DNA of 63,873 bases, the filler included, from Choristocarpus tenellus KU-1152 (lineage: Eukaryota > Protista > Phaeophyceae): NCBI GenBank assembly GCA_964200185.2. It is 11 parts of 11 records of this genome, joined end to end, with 100 filler letters (N's around TTAATTAATTAA, not from the genome) between each part and the next. Parts side by side here need not be neighbours in the genome. Positions count along the whole stretch, not along the records: positions 1 to 7,499 come from CAXNAD020006065.1; positions 7,600 to 10,380 come from CAXNAD020024808.1; positions 10,481 to 18,515 come from CAXNAD020005244.1; 8 more parts are not named here. One strand, written 5' to 3'. Below the pieces are notes generated by a model, which was given only the letters and a program-made list of their open reading frames with translations, searched no databases and was not told the DNA's origin. The first letter of the stretch is position 1, and every line of letters begins with the position of its first letter. A program made the translations under genes and the position numbers. Shown piece by piece: positions 1 through 12,580 of the stretch.

Positions 1-1203
1 TTGAAGAGGTGTGATGTTTTTGCATCACCAATTAGCCCCATCCTCCCCCCCCCCCTTCATATCCCCCATATCTTCCCCATATTTTCTGGGTGAAATTTCT
101 ATTCCAGGACAATGCTCTTTCTCTACTTTAACAGCAATGACAATCAACCTCATATACACATGTACAATATATTTATATATATATATTACAAAAAGACATA
201 AAACAAAATGTAAAATTATTATTATTATTTTCAAACATGGAGAAGAGCTTTAATTGATCGTCTGAAATACTACAGACAGTTTTATTTGTAGTTGCCAAGA
301 GTTTGTTTTCATAAAAGCAAAAAAAAGCAAAAAAGCAAGAAAAAGCAAAAAAAAGTTTGAAAAATAACTTCGATCTGTCAGTTCCTCTTCCTCTGCTAGT
401 ATGTAATGCTGTTTCAGCCACAGTAACACCAACAGCAACAGTTACAAGTGCCTACTTACAAATGTCCCTGCTCACCAACAGAATGTTCATGCTACATTCC
501 CAACAACATATCACCATGTCTCTCAGTGTATTGTTGAGCAAATGAAGCATTGGCAGACTTTGAGGATTCATCTGCAGGGGGGCTATAACCCTAACCCTAA
601 CTTTTTTGTTTGTTTGAACTTTGTTGTTGTGGCACAACTTGAAGGGTTGGGGTTAGGGTTACAGGGTTACAGGGTTAGTGTTAGTGTTAGTGTTAGTGTT
701 AGTGTTAGGGTTATAGGGTTAGTGTGAGTGTGATTTCATTGAGAAATAATCTGTTTAGTGTATGGTGCCCTCGTGTGATGGAGTAGTCCATGATCGTAGG
801 CAATCCTATCCCTGTATATATATATATTTTAATGTCGATTGTGCTTTATTTTTTCTAGTTGGCGGTGTTCGGAGATGTTAGCCGAGATGTTGGTAAGGTG
901 GTGATTTTGGGGATGATTTTGGCGATGAATGTGATAATGGTGCCAACAAGATGAGACGGTGGAGGATCGGAGAATGGGTACGACGTTGTGATGCTGCACA
1001 AGTTATTTGATTTTCTTTTGTAATTTTTTTTTGACTTACTGTTTTATGTTTCAGTTAAGTTGTATTGTATTGTATTTTGTTGTATTTATTTATTTTGTAG
1101 TTTTTTTTTTGTACACCGAGTATATTCAACTTGTGTGCATCCGTGTCTTTTTTTATTTATTATTTATTTTTTTGTTTTTTTTTTGGACTGTGTTGCGATG
1201 CAG

Positions 1204-1352
1204 GCTCGATTCCAGGTACAGGGAATAACAAGGAACGGTAGGATCTTGAGAGATCCGTTAATGGATGACAGTCGAGTTGGAGTGGTTCGAGGGATTGATG
1301 AGATGCTAGGTGATGAAGAGCAGTCCTCTCTTGAGCTGGTGTCTTCTTCCAG
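1204..1352 (+). CDS. Internal exon of an unidentified spliced gene (contig 1)
   Basis: T-rich tract then CAG acceptor; open frame ARFQVQGITRNGRILRDPLMDDSRVGVVRGIDEMLGDEEQSSLELVSSS(R); AG|GTGATG donor in phase 2, matching the exon at 3479. Confidence 0.6.
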
Positions 1353-3478
1353 GTGATGGTTGTGGCTATGGTTCCTGTTGATCAGAGGGTGTGTGTGTGT
1401 GTGTTTGACTGTTGTGAGTGTGGAGGAGACTTTTATGGCCTTGTTTTATAAGGAGAGATTATTGGAGTTTAGAAAGAGGGCCAAGGAAGATTACTTTTTT
1501 GTTTTTTGGTATGTATGGAAGCGAGGTGAAGATCTGTTGTAGGGATTTGCTTCAATTCAGAATTGAAGTAAAAATACTAGACCCTTCTGCAGGAAGGCTA
1601 TCAAACACTTTTGCCCAGTTTGAAAATTTCAGGCCTGAATTTGTTGCTCTATGTCAGTCATAGGGTGATGTGCCTTGATGGATGCTGTTATTTGAGAATG
1701 ATGAAATCTCCGATGTTGAGATGGGGCATGTTTGAAAAAAGCTGAAAGTTGGAACTTTAGAACGAGTTCCATGTATATAGGCCCCTGTATGTGAGCTGCT
1801 CACTGAAGAACTCAGCTCAAGTAGTTGGCTATTCTAATGAGCCAGAGGGAGGATAGGTTGCGTTTGTAGTTGCAATTTGACGGTTATTTTTATTTATTTA
1901 TTTGTGTGTGTGTGTGTGTGTGTTTTTTTTTCTTAGTTATGTATGTCGTAAAATAGTGGCAAGTGGAGGAGTGGCCCTCAACTACGTTTTCATGACATTT
2001 GACACGATAGTGCTCACACTGGCTCTTTGCACATGCATTTTAGAATATTCTTCCAGTTAAAAAAAAGAAGTGATCATGTGTATACAGTATTACCATTGGA
2101 AGGAACAATAAGAATAAGTGGCATTTTTCTTTATTCTTCTCTTGCTATTGGTGTTGTGAATTGAAGTAAGTGATTAGCGTTTGATTTTTCATGTGGAAGC
2201 GAATTTACTCAACTTCATTTGAATGAATAGAAGGGGAATTGTGCACTCAGTGAGTAGGAGTTGGTGAGGTGAGCAAAGTGGTCACCTCATGAGGTGTCTG
2301 TGAGCAAACGCTGATAACCTTGAGGAACTTCATAGCAATTTGTACAACGTGTTTTTGTTTCATAGTGTAAGTATAATTGACTATCAATAACCGGAAGGGT
2401 TTGATTATGATATTGATTGATCTTGGATTAATCGAAGCGACTCAATGTAATCATTGTGATTGAATGTAATCGTTGTGATTGAAATAAGTACTGTGGTATA
2501 GTTTAGTCAAGAGTGAACAAGAGAGGGGCGTATTGGTGAGGTTTTAAGGACTCCCCTCACTCTGTGGGGGCACATGGTTTTGGAGCATGTTATCTAGAGG
2601 TGTTGAATAGACTTTGTTTTGTGGATACATTCAGTTTGGATACATACAGTTTGGATACATACAGATTGCAGAAGCGAGTAATCTTATTCTTTTTGAATGC
2701 CTTCCTTTTTTTTAGAACAGGGTTGAAAAACCTGTTGAGAATTGTAATGATCAAAGATCACACCCCTCTTGACTACTTGTACTCAAACAGTACGAGCATC
2801 AAGTCACACAGAATTTATACTAAGGGGGGAGGAGGAAATATTGTGGTCTAAGGTATGTACTGTGCCTTGACTTCAAATGGAGAGCAATATCTGGTATCGA
2901 GGATTTTTTTTGTTAGCAACAGAGACTCTGTTCTGTTTTGCAGTGGTGCTCTTCAACGTTGCTTCTCTCCCCCCTCCCATGACAAGATCTGTGACTGTCA
3001 ATAGGGATGAGGTATTTAAGGTGTTTGTATGTACCTGCGATGCTCTTGTGCCTGTTCTTGGAGGGAGGGGGGAGGGGGGTGGTTAGGTTGTTCTGCCGGC
3101 AAGATGAATCATTTCACCGTAGAGTGTTTAACGAAGAGATCTTGTGCACATTTTTCTTTTTCTTTCTGGTGTGATGGAGTTCAAGAGTAGCAAAGGCGTT
3201 TGAAAGTGTGTAGAGGATAGGTCTGAGAAGTGCAATGGGGGGATGTGTAGTGGTAAGGTCTATTCTTTATATTTATTTATTTGTTACTAGTTCTATTTCG
3301 ATGACCTCTTGTTTTTTAGATTTTTTCTAGGGGTGTTTGAGGGTTGAATATCACAGTGCCCAACCCAGCCGTACATGCCTTCAAATGCACCTGTAAAGAC
3401 AAACACCCATGTGAGTAGATAACATATCCACCTGTCTTGTGGGAGGAATTGACATGTTTCCATGTGCTTGTTGTACAG

Positions 3479-3581
3479 GTACTGGATGAGCTACCGGACC
3501 TCCAAGCTTTACGTGCTGAACCTCTACATTATGGAGGCGTGGATAGACATGAGCTATGATTGGGATAGTCACGTTGACCAG
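3479..3581 (+). CDS. Next internal exon of the same unidentified gene
   Basis: TACAG acceptor, phase-2 start; (R)YWMSYRTSKLYVLNLYIMEAWIDMSYDWDSHVDQ; CAG|GTTTGT donor; GC-richer than its GT-repeat flank. Confidence 0.65.
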
Positions 3582-4619
3582 GTTTGTTCGTGTGCATATG
3601 TTTGTGTTTTTGTATGTAGATATATGTGTATGTATGTGTGTATGTGTGTGTACATATGTGTGTATGTATGTGTATGTGTGTGTATTGCTTTTTGTACTTT
3701 CTACATGAAGATACTTTTTTTGAGATGTAGCATGTCATTATTTCTGTTAGAAAAAATAAATGTAATAAGAACCTGGTTGAAGTAGGTTGAAGCAGTAGTG
3801 TTTTTAATCTTCCTTTTGAAAAACCATGGATGAAACCATGGATGCTGGAGCTCTGGCTGATTCATGTCATTTGATACCACACTCTTTAGACCGACTGGAC
3901 TATTCAGATCCTGAGGAGTCTCTCTAGAACAATTGATTCCAGCAAAATCTCTTTGCACGAACCACTCCTAGTAAGGTTCCTCTCTTGGGAGTTTCCCTTG
4001 TCCAGAACATCTGGTGGTGTCCAACTTTACATCCTGACCTTGCCGGTCGATTTCTTACCTGGAGAGTGGTCTTGGTCTTGTGACCATGCTGGTCCTTATA
4101 TAGGACCTTACATAGTTCACACTGTTCTTTTCAGTCCTGGTCTGTCTTGGTCGATCTCCAGCCTGGTGAATCTCTTCACCACCCCAGTCTGAGTGAACCG
4201 CACTGCTTTGAGGATGACATAATCCGTATTGGCCATACCGGTGATCATCAGATCTATTCATTATGTAATACCAGTACCTACTTGGTCTCTTGGGTATGCA
4301 TTATTTTCTTATGTTTGTAATTGCATCTGTCTTGGTTTTGTATACATGTACTTGCGACTATTTTGGTTAATATATTTTTTCCTTCCTTCTTTATGATTGG
4401 GTACGATGATAGTGAGTCCCATCACATAAGGGATTTGCAATCTTGCGCAGCATTGCTGTGGCAGATTGTTTGAACAGACCACACGCAGACATGTATTGCG
4501 TGCACACTCTCTTTTCCCATTGTTTGAACCAGTTTCAATGTGATATGATATTCAATGTGATATGATAAGTTTGCGGTGAACCTTTGTAGATAATTCTTGC
4601 CAACTGTAGAATATATATG

Positions 4620-7440
4620 TAGGTCCCCCACAAGAAATGGAAGATCTCAGTAAAGAAGAGAGGACGCTCGGAACGGACATTGATTGTTGGCAGGGAGGAG
4701 GAGGAGAGGCTGAATGAAGTGTCTGAATGAATTTTAATAAGGGAGTTCATTTATCTACAGTTTTGAAATTTGGTGAGAGAGAAGGGTGGTTTGGAAAATG
4801 CTCTGCCATGTCCCCGGTCCATTCCAGGATTGGAGTAGTTGTGGAAGAGCTTTTGTCTTGGAAGACTTTCTCATACAACTCGCTCACATTATCTGTTGAT
4901 CTTTGGAATGAATCAGAAGCAATGCGCAATACGAAGATATCTGTCCAATCAAACTGAGAGGAGTGCAGATGAAGTAACTGATTGCCGTTATACTGGTAAT
5001 CTTTTGTTTCAGTGTATGATATTGTCTACCACAACAGACTGCTCCACAAATAATTTGCTGAGACCCTACCCTCTATACACAGGTCCTGCTTAAGAGATGG
5101 GGACAAAATATTATGTTTATGGTGTGAAGCACCGATGTTAATAGCATTCAAACAGAGTGTACATAATTTTTAGGAAGCCTTTTGCTGTGGTCCAGTCCTA
5201 CTTAGGTATGTGACCTCTTTTTAGCTTGTTTCTGAGGATTTATTGGAGTTCTAAAGAAAGAATGCGTTTCTGTTCAATCATTATTTCTCCGGTAATTCCT
5301 TGAGTTCAATCACCAAAATTTGTGGGAACCATGTCTATACCCCAAAATGAAAATGCCATTGGAGTGCTGCTTAGAAATGAAAATGCCACAAAAATAGTAT
5401 GCATCCGCCCAGCACTTGGAAACAAGAGTCCACGGGCATGTTTTTATGTGTGTGCAAGTGGTGTCTTCTGAGAGCAGCTGGCTTCAGTCGAATTTTCTTG
5501 TTTGAATCATTGTTTGAATCATTCCAACCCGTGTTTGAATAATTATTCCTGTCAAGATTATGCTTGTCTATTTGTGAGATGTTAGCATTCTCAGGATGGG
5601 AAAGGCGTGAATTTTGAAGCAAGATGATGATGATTTTGGGTGAAACGCACATGATATTTAATTGTATATCTATTGTTCCATGTCTGTTGTGGGCGTCCTC
5701 ACCAGCCCCCCCCAAATATTTTGAATCCGGCTGAAATGTTTTTGGCAGGCAGAACCTTTTCCCGATACACATGCTTTCTCCAGTGCTTGTCTGGCAACTC
5801 ATGCACAATGTTGGTGTGCTTGCATGCAACGTTTATGCTATATCAGACGTCCATTTCAAGGTTCGCGTCAATCAAGTTGGTGTGTCACTGTCCAAGAACT
5901 GTGCAATCAAACCTCTTTCAAATCTCCCTGAGACTGTACAAGGAGCGTCACTCCCCCACTTACTGTTAGATTTTGTAATGGTTTCAGTGCTGATGCTCTT
6001 AAGAGATTGGTGTCAGCAAATGTCTTCAAAGCACATTGAAGAAACACAAGGGAACCACTCACATTCATTAGTCGGGCATGCAGTTTGAGAGATTGTTGCT
6101 GATCAAGCGCTTTTGGTGGGATAGGGGAAGGGTCTTTCTTCAGTGAGCGGAAACTGATATATCCCAACCCAATACCAATGTTACGATCAGTTCGCACTGA
6201 TGTGTATGCAGCACTGTGCCTGACTTACATTTCAAGCCACATTTCATGCTCTGTCTGTGGTGCAGCACAGGATGAGATTGGTGTGAAAAGAATTTGACAG
6301 GTTTGGAGAGAAAGATCTTTGGAAAAGCCCCAGCCCCACGAAGTTTGTTGCAATCTGGCAGGTTTTGCAGGGTGTGCACTGGTGAAGGGTTGCACTTGCT
6401 TTTGTTGCAAGGGGACGTTGCTGTTTTATCCTTCATCCAAGGTATGCCTTGCCCCCACCACCGCCACGAAACTAATTTTGAGCAAGTGTGGGACTTGATC
6501 AAGGGCGGGGCTTGATCAAGGGGTAGTTTTGCACGGACTCAGGGTGTGGTGTGGAGACTTTTGCTCCTTCTGGACAGTCAAGGTCTTTTTAGTTTCATGA
6601 CTACTCATGACAAAAACCAGCATATTTAGCGCATGGATGAGGGTTAGTTCAGTGCGCAAGTGCTCATGTGATCCCTGTCCTGACTGAAAGAGAGGGTGAT
6701 GTCAGTGATTTCTGATAACGGACTCTGTACGGCTGACTGAAGCTTGCAAGGGGAAGGTTGGTTGGCATGGTCTTCCTTGTGGTGGATTTGGTGGTGTTTG
6801 GATCTGATTGCACGAGCAACATAACAGCGTTTGTGAACTCATGCTTTGAATATTTTAAGTTTAAAGTTTGCTCCAGTAGGGTACCACCATCGTGAAGAAC
6901 GACAACTTGGCAGATTATCCAAGTTCATTCTTGTACCATATTGACATTAGTGGAACTGTGAGACTGCAGATGAACAGGCACTGAAGGTCCAGTTTTGTTG
7001 GGGATAGGGGAGTTTAAATGTATCTCGTTGGCCCTGGAAACATGTTAATCGAATGAATCCTTAGAGGGGGTAGTCTATTGACCTGACTTCATTAGGATAT
7101 CCCCGTCCAAGGGCGTTATGATGACATACCAGTGCGTGGACAACAACTTCACTTTGAGTGTAGGCACTAACACTCTAATGAAGAAGGATATCACTAAGAG
7201 GGATTGTGGTGATGAGAGAATAAGTGTCCTAAGTACTCGGGTGGATGAGTCACTACTGGATTGGCCGACGATGGCTCTAAAGAGGTGGCAACCAATCACA
7301 CCACCACGTCTAGTTTAGAAGAATGTTGGGAGTGACCTGTCGCAGTCTCTATTATTTTTGCACTGAGTGCCAAAACCTGCAGTTTGAGAAGTGAGCCGAC
7401 TCAAGCATGTGGTCTTGCCATCCATGGCTCTGTCTGATAT
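4620..7440 (-). mobile_element. Highly decayed Ty1/Copia-like pol remnant
   Basis: Minus-strand fragments in Copia order: RVLVPTLKVKLLS (~7140-7180, cf. VLYVPxLxxNLLS), FQVLGGC (~5400-5425, cf. LRVFGC), GIFILGY (~5335-5357, cf. GIFxGY); many stops and frameshifts; boundaries approximate. Confidence 0.45.
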
Positions 7441-7499
7441 ATACATATACCCTAACCCTAACCCTAATATAGTTGGGGGGGGGGATGAGGATACTGTGG

Positions 7500-7599
7500 N
7501 NNNNNNNNNNNNNNNNNNNNNNNNNNNNNNNNNNNNNNNNNNNTTAATTAATTAANNNNNNNNNNNNNNNNNNNNNNNNNNNNNNNNNNNNNNNNNNNN
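7500..7599. other. Artificial contig-joining spacer
   Basis: 44 N + TTAATTAATTAA (stops in all six frames) + 44 N. Confidence 0.98.
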
Positions 7600-9629
7600 T
7601 TATCACACAGCTCACGACCCCGTCAAAGGGGTGGGTGGTCGTTGTTGGGGGGGGAGGGTCACAACGGCAACCAACCACTACTCAAATACGCAAATATACG
7701 TTGGTGACGCTTACTGTACTGTGTTACTAAAGTATAGTGCGTTGCCATCCCCATGCATTCCTACATACATAGAGAAGGTACTGTGGGAGATTGTTTTGTT
7801 TGTTTTTGCTTCAGGTGGGTAACGCAAATAATAAATGAACGACCAAATGCAATCAACTGGATGGATGCCGTATACATAAAACGCTCATAATCAGGTCTAA
7901 CCCTAGCCAAATCCCTAGCCCTAGCCGTAGCCGTAGCCGTAGCCGTAGCTCCAGTCGTAGCTTCAGTGGTAGCTCTAGACCTGAGCTGGAACTCGTCGAT
8001 CGAATGAAACCAACAGTGCAGGGAACCTGCAGGGATACTGATACAGATACAGATACTGATACCGATACTGATATTGATGCATGGTCCAAGTACACGCGGA
8101 GATATCATGGCAAGAAACTTGGTATTTTTGTAACTAACTCATCTACTGTGAGTGTTCATACTACAGGTGTATCAGACAATGTGTGTTGTTGTATTTACAA
8201 TATATAATCTGTACATGTTCTTGAGTACGATTTGAGAAAGGTGCAGATGTAGTTAGAGAGGATAGTGTGCAAAAAATAAAATAACGTGAGTGTACTCCTG
8301 AGGTGAAGACGATCGGCAACCGTTTGGTTCTTATATTTCGTTACTCTGGGGTTAAACCTGTCTGTCTTCTTACCGACCTACGTACCTACCTAGCCAGGTA
8401 CCCTAGGATGTGAATATTGATATTTACATATGTTTTCGGTGTGCCCAGGAGTCATGTGTCCGTGAATCACAGAGTTTAGCAAGTAGGAAGTTTCACTGGA
8501 CTGGGCAAAGTCACCATACCATACCGATAGCCTTGGTAATATTTGTTTATTAGGACAGTTCCTGGGTGGTCAGAGATTTAAAACCGGACGGGGCAGCAGG
8601 TTGGCGTTGGTGAAGAATCTTTTAACAGAGCTGGTCTAGTACTGTCTGATATTTTAACCAGTCTGGTATGGGTTACAAGCTAGCCCTGGCGAAACATGGT
8701 TTAATGGTGCGTGTCAGAGAGATTGTAACTGAATCTGTCCGTAGGCTTGCCTGTGGCCCTGCGGTCCTCTGAGGTGTTCTGGTTAACTGCCAGTTCTATA
8801 AAAAGTCCTTAACTGCCTGCTGTTGGCATGTAAGAGACTTGTTGTAGACTAAGGTTGAACAAATGGGGATATATATTTTTTATCTTTTGTTTTAGTTTTC
8901 ATTGTATCTTGAAGCCAGAAATTCAGTCTTGATACGGGTATGATCACTCCTACTATTGTTCTTCAAATTACCAACATTGGGTATTTGTCACTCTCTTACC
9001 CCCCAAACTTCCCCTATCCCCAATCCAAGTATCTATCAAGGCCGATTTTGTTGGGCAGTGCAACACGAATCTCTGAGAAGGCTGATTACAGTTTTAGAGT
9101 ATACTCTGTACTGTCAGCAAGATGCCTTATGATGCCATTTTCCAGAAGTCAGCAATCAGATATTTCTAATGTTCAGTCCACTAATCCTTTCCCCCCAAGA
9201 GCTCTTTTTTGCTTAAACAATGGGGGAATGCATGTTTTATGGACTAGTATGTTACAGTGTAGTTGAGAAAGAAATCAAGGTCTCTCTAAAATTCTTGACT
9301 TGTGATACCTCATGTTTTATTTTTTGATATGAGTAAATTTCTGTATAATTTATTTTTATATTTTTTATATTCTACAAAATATCGATTTTGTTCTTGTCTC
9401 CTTGTGCTACAGTCAGTACTGAAGGTCTTAACACATGTCATATCCGAGACCTGTTGGACTATTTCCAAAATAATACAATATGATACAGCAGAATGATGGT
9501 AGAAGGAGAAGCAGAGGTAACTAACCTCTCGAGTTGTACATCCAACAACCACTGCTATAATTCTTATTATTGAAAGCGCAGAGGTTAACTTTGTTACAAA
9601 TGAGAACTCAGTTTGATGCAGTGGGGTAT

Positions 9630-9762
9630 CTGAAAAGGTGTGTCCAGAACAAGGATATTAACACTTCCTAACAAACACGATAGTCAAAATTATATTCTTT
9701 TCACAACATAGGATTTTGGCCCCCAAGCAGACACGACTCTATCCTCTAAGATGCCTTGACTC
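9630..9762 (+). mobile_element. MITE family 3, partial copy (right half)
   Basis: Shares GGATATTRACACTTCCTAACAAACACGATAG and the right terminus CCTCTAAG..TTGACTC with copies at 23788 and 26043. Confidence 0.7.
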
Positions 9763-10311
9763 TTGCCTGGGTAATCTGGATGTTTTTGACATTCCTTCAA
9801 TGCTTTCCTCTCCATATTTTGTGCATGTTGACGAAAAACCATGACCCACTTGATGTTGCCAGAGAGGAGAACCCTCAAGGGGGTGATGAGAGTGATGAAG
9901 GGATTGCACCATAGACCATGAGCCTAGCCATCACTGGAATATGCTTTGGGGCAGTGGCTTTGATGGTGGTGGTTGATATAACTGTAGTGCTTGCAGATGA
10001 TAACTACCTCTATCAAGGAGCAAGAGAGTGAGGGAAGGTAACTGATTTGTCACTACCAATCAACGTACTTACTGTACTGTACTATACAGTATATATGAGG
10101 ACCTGCACTTGGAAGTGTTTTTCGGGTTTGATCATTTATATTTAATTAAAATATCTGCATTTTTGTGGTAGTGAGGAGTTTATTATTTTGTTTTGATCTG
10201 GGGCTGAATATTAACCTGATTCTAATCAGATAATCATCATAATAACAATTGATATGGAATACTTCTCGACTGATTGTTGCATTATTCTGCGAGTCATCTA
10301 GGTGTGTCATT

Positions 10312-10380
10312 GGCTCAACATATCTGGGAGGGGGTGGCGGCTGTCCACTTGGGGTCAATTTTTTCATGTCACGATTTTTG
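10312..10380 (+). mobile_element. MITE family 1, left part, cut by the contig end
   Basis: GGCTCAACATATCTGGGAGGGG..CTGTCCACTTGGGGTCAATTTTTTCATG matches 60722-60790. Confidence 0.75.
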
Positions 10381-10480
10381 NNNNNNNNNNNNNNNNNNNN
10401 NNNNNNNNNNNNNNNNNNNNNNNNTTAATTAATTAANNNNNNNNNNNNNNNNNNNNNNNNNNNNNNNNNNNNNNNNNNNN
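10381..10480. other. Artificial contig-joining spacer
   Basis: 44 N + TTAATTAATTAA + 44 N. Confidence 0.98.
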
Positions 10481-10512
10481 GGGGGGGGGGGGGGGGGGCG
10501 GGGCGTCTGCAG

Positions 10513-10603
10513 GTGTTGGGGGCAAGAGCAGTGGAGGAGGAGGGCTACCAGCGTGGGAAGGTGGAGTTCCGATCTGTTGGATTTGGATACCCAATGAGAC
10601 CAG
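10513..10603 (+). CDS. ABCB-type ABC transporter, exon at the start of the NBD (partial gene)
   Basis: TGCAG acceptor; VLGARAVEEEGYQRGKVEFRSVGFGYPMRP, matching the ABCB GxIEFxxVxFxYPxRP motif; G|GTGAG donor, phase 1. Confidence 0.9.
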
Positions 10604-11291
10604 GTGAGAGGAAAGGTATATGGAAGGAGGTATATGCTTTTGAGGCTATGTGTGTGCGTACTTTTAAAATACTTTTTAATACTTTATAAAAGCATTTTTT
10701 TTTGAGAGGTTCTGGATGTTGAAATTTTGCATGGAAGGAGGAAAAATATTATCTTTTTCTTTTTAGCTTTTTATTTTCTGTATGTGTACATTTTTATGGT
10801 GTTTTTGCCTTGTTTTATTTGACATGTGCCTATAGACCAATGCACATTAATGAATAGCTGAATTTTGTTCTTATTTTACATCGATGATTTTTTTTGTTTT
10901 GTTAAATGTATATATTTATTTATATATATATTTATGTATATATCTATGCATGTTTATATTATATATTTATTTATGTATGTTTGTATTTATTGTATTATGT
11001 TTTTTTTCTCATCTCTTGATGGCCGTTGAAAAAATCATTTTTATTTTCAGTCATATATTATTTATGATAGAAATTCAGGTGTGCAAAAGGTCTCAGTTAT
11101 TGCACTTCAATTCATGAGAATATAGTGAGAATTCATCTTGCGGGTTGTTTGTGCAGTTTTTGTAGTATAATGGCATTAACAGCAATGGCATTACAATATG
11201 TATAGTACTAGTAGTATATATTTTTCATACTAACACCTATTGCATTTTCCCATCAATTATGCTCTTCTGGTGTGGAAACCCCTCCCACTAG

Positions 11292-11400
11292 GCATTATGG
11301 TGCTGGACGACTTGTCCTTGATGGTTATTCCAGGGGAGAGGTTGGCTGTGGTGGGGTGCTCTGGAGGGGGCAAGTCTACCATACTGAGGCTTCTCTGCAG
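11292..11400 (+). CDS. ABCB-type ABC transporter, Walker A exon
   Basis: TAG acceptor, phase 1; (G)[35 protein letters not shown](R) with Walker [10 protein letters not shown]; AG|GTGTGT donor, phase 2. Confidence 0.95.
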
Positions 11401-12135
11401 GTGTGTGATGGGGTGGAGTAAGTGTCAGGTTTAGGGTATTCATGGTGTAACCTTGTATGTGGAGAGGAAGTGGGGTATGAGGAAAATATAATGTCCTTGG
11501 GATTCACCCTTTTAAATACCAATTTGTTTTGAGTTTTTTGGGTTTCACTGCTCTTTGGCAGGCGTGCTGGATTTTGAGGTTTGCACTAGGGATAGGGCGT
11601 GAGTATGTCTGTGTGTTAATTATGAAATATTAAAAGAGTAAGCATATTAGTGAAATCGTCAAAGAGAGGTTAATGTTAGGGTTAGGGAGAGGGTTAGGTT
11701 TGTTTTTGGCTGTTTTTTAGTATCAAGGGCGTGTTGAAGGTTGTGCAATACAGACCATGCCTGAGGAGGGTGTGGGTGCACGTGAAGATGAGGAATGATA
11801 TGTAACACATTCTTATCCTTAAGAACAAATTCTTTGACGCTAATACTCAACACCCCTAGAGTACAATATAAGTTTTAGAGTACAATATAGGGTTAGGGTT
11901 AGGGCTATTGAGAAGAGTGTACTCTTTATCTGTAACTATCTCTTGATTTTTTTATTTATCTATATATGTGGTAATTTTTTAGAAGTTGCATGTGTAATAC
12001 TGAGAACTGCAATGCATAGTGTTAGGGTTAGGGTATGGCATGGCGTGGGATGGGATGGGATGTGATGGGATGTGATGAAGGTTGTTGCAAGAGTTAATCT
12101 GGTTTAAGTATCTTCCTGTCCCACCACGTTGCAAT

Positions 12136-12236
12136 ACTATTATTATTACTATTATTATTATTATTATTATTACTATTATTATTATTATTATTATTATTAC
12201 TATTGTTACTATTATTATTATTACTATTATTATTGT
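12136..12236. repeat. (ATT)n microsatellite in an intron
   Basis: About 33 imperfect ATT/ACT units. Confidence 0.9.
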
Positions 12237-12519
12237 TTTATTGACATTTGAAGGTCAGGGATAGGATTAAGGCTTTCCTGCGACAGATGGGTTAGGGTTA
12301 GGGTTAGGATAACAAGTGTGATCATTTTAGCTCCGGAATGATGTTTAAGACCCAATTGGTGTATGGTGAGAATACTACTACTACTACTAATGGTGCCGCA
12401 TTGGGGGGTATCTAACAGTATTTTAATGGTATTAATGTGGTTGATTGTACCTCTCAATCTCAAAGGTTACATTCGTCAGGTCTAGAGATAGCACAACATT
12501 ATATTACATTACACAACAT

Positions 12520-12580
12520 ATCAGATCATAACATATCATAACATAACATAACATAACATAACATAACATAACATAACATA
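12520..12580. repeat. (CATAA)n pentanucleotide microsatellite
   Basis: Tandem CATAA units. Confidence 0.9.

Noticed and set aside
1204-3581. Dynein heavy-chain linker assignment for the orphan exons
   Set aside because: VRGIDEM..SSRY..EAW is reminiscent, but spacing is too short and the WxYLExIF motif is missing
7544-7555. TTAATTAATTAA as a biological motif
   Set aside because: Identical in all ten 100-nt gaps and centred in Ns; a synthetic linker
7761-8207. ORFs with ATATAT, RLRLRL and DTDTDT runs
   Set aside because: Translations of (GTAGCC)n and (GATACA)n microsatellites with no convincing splice context
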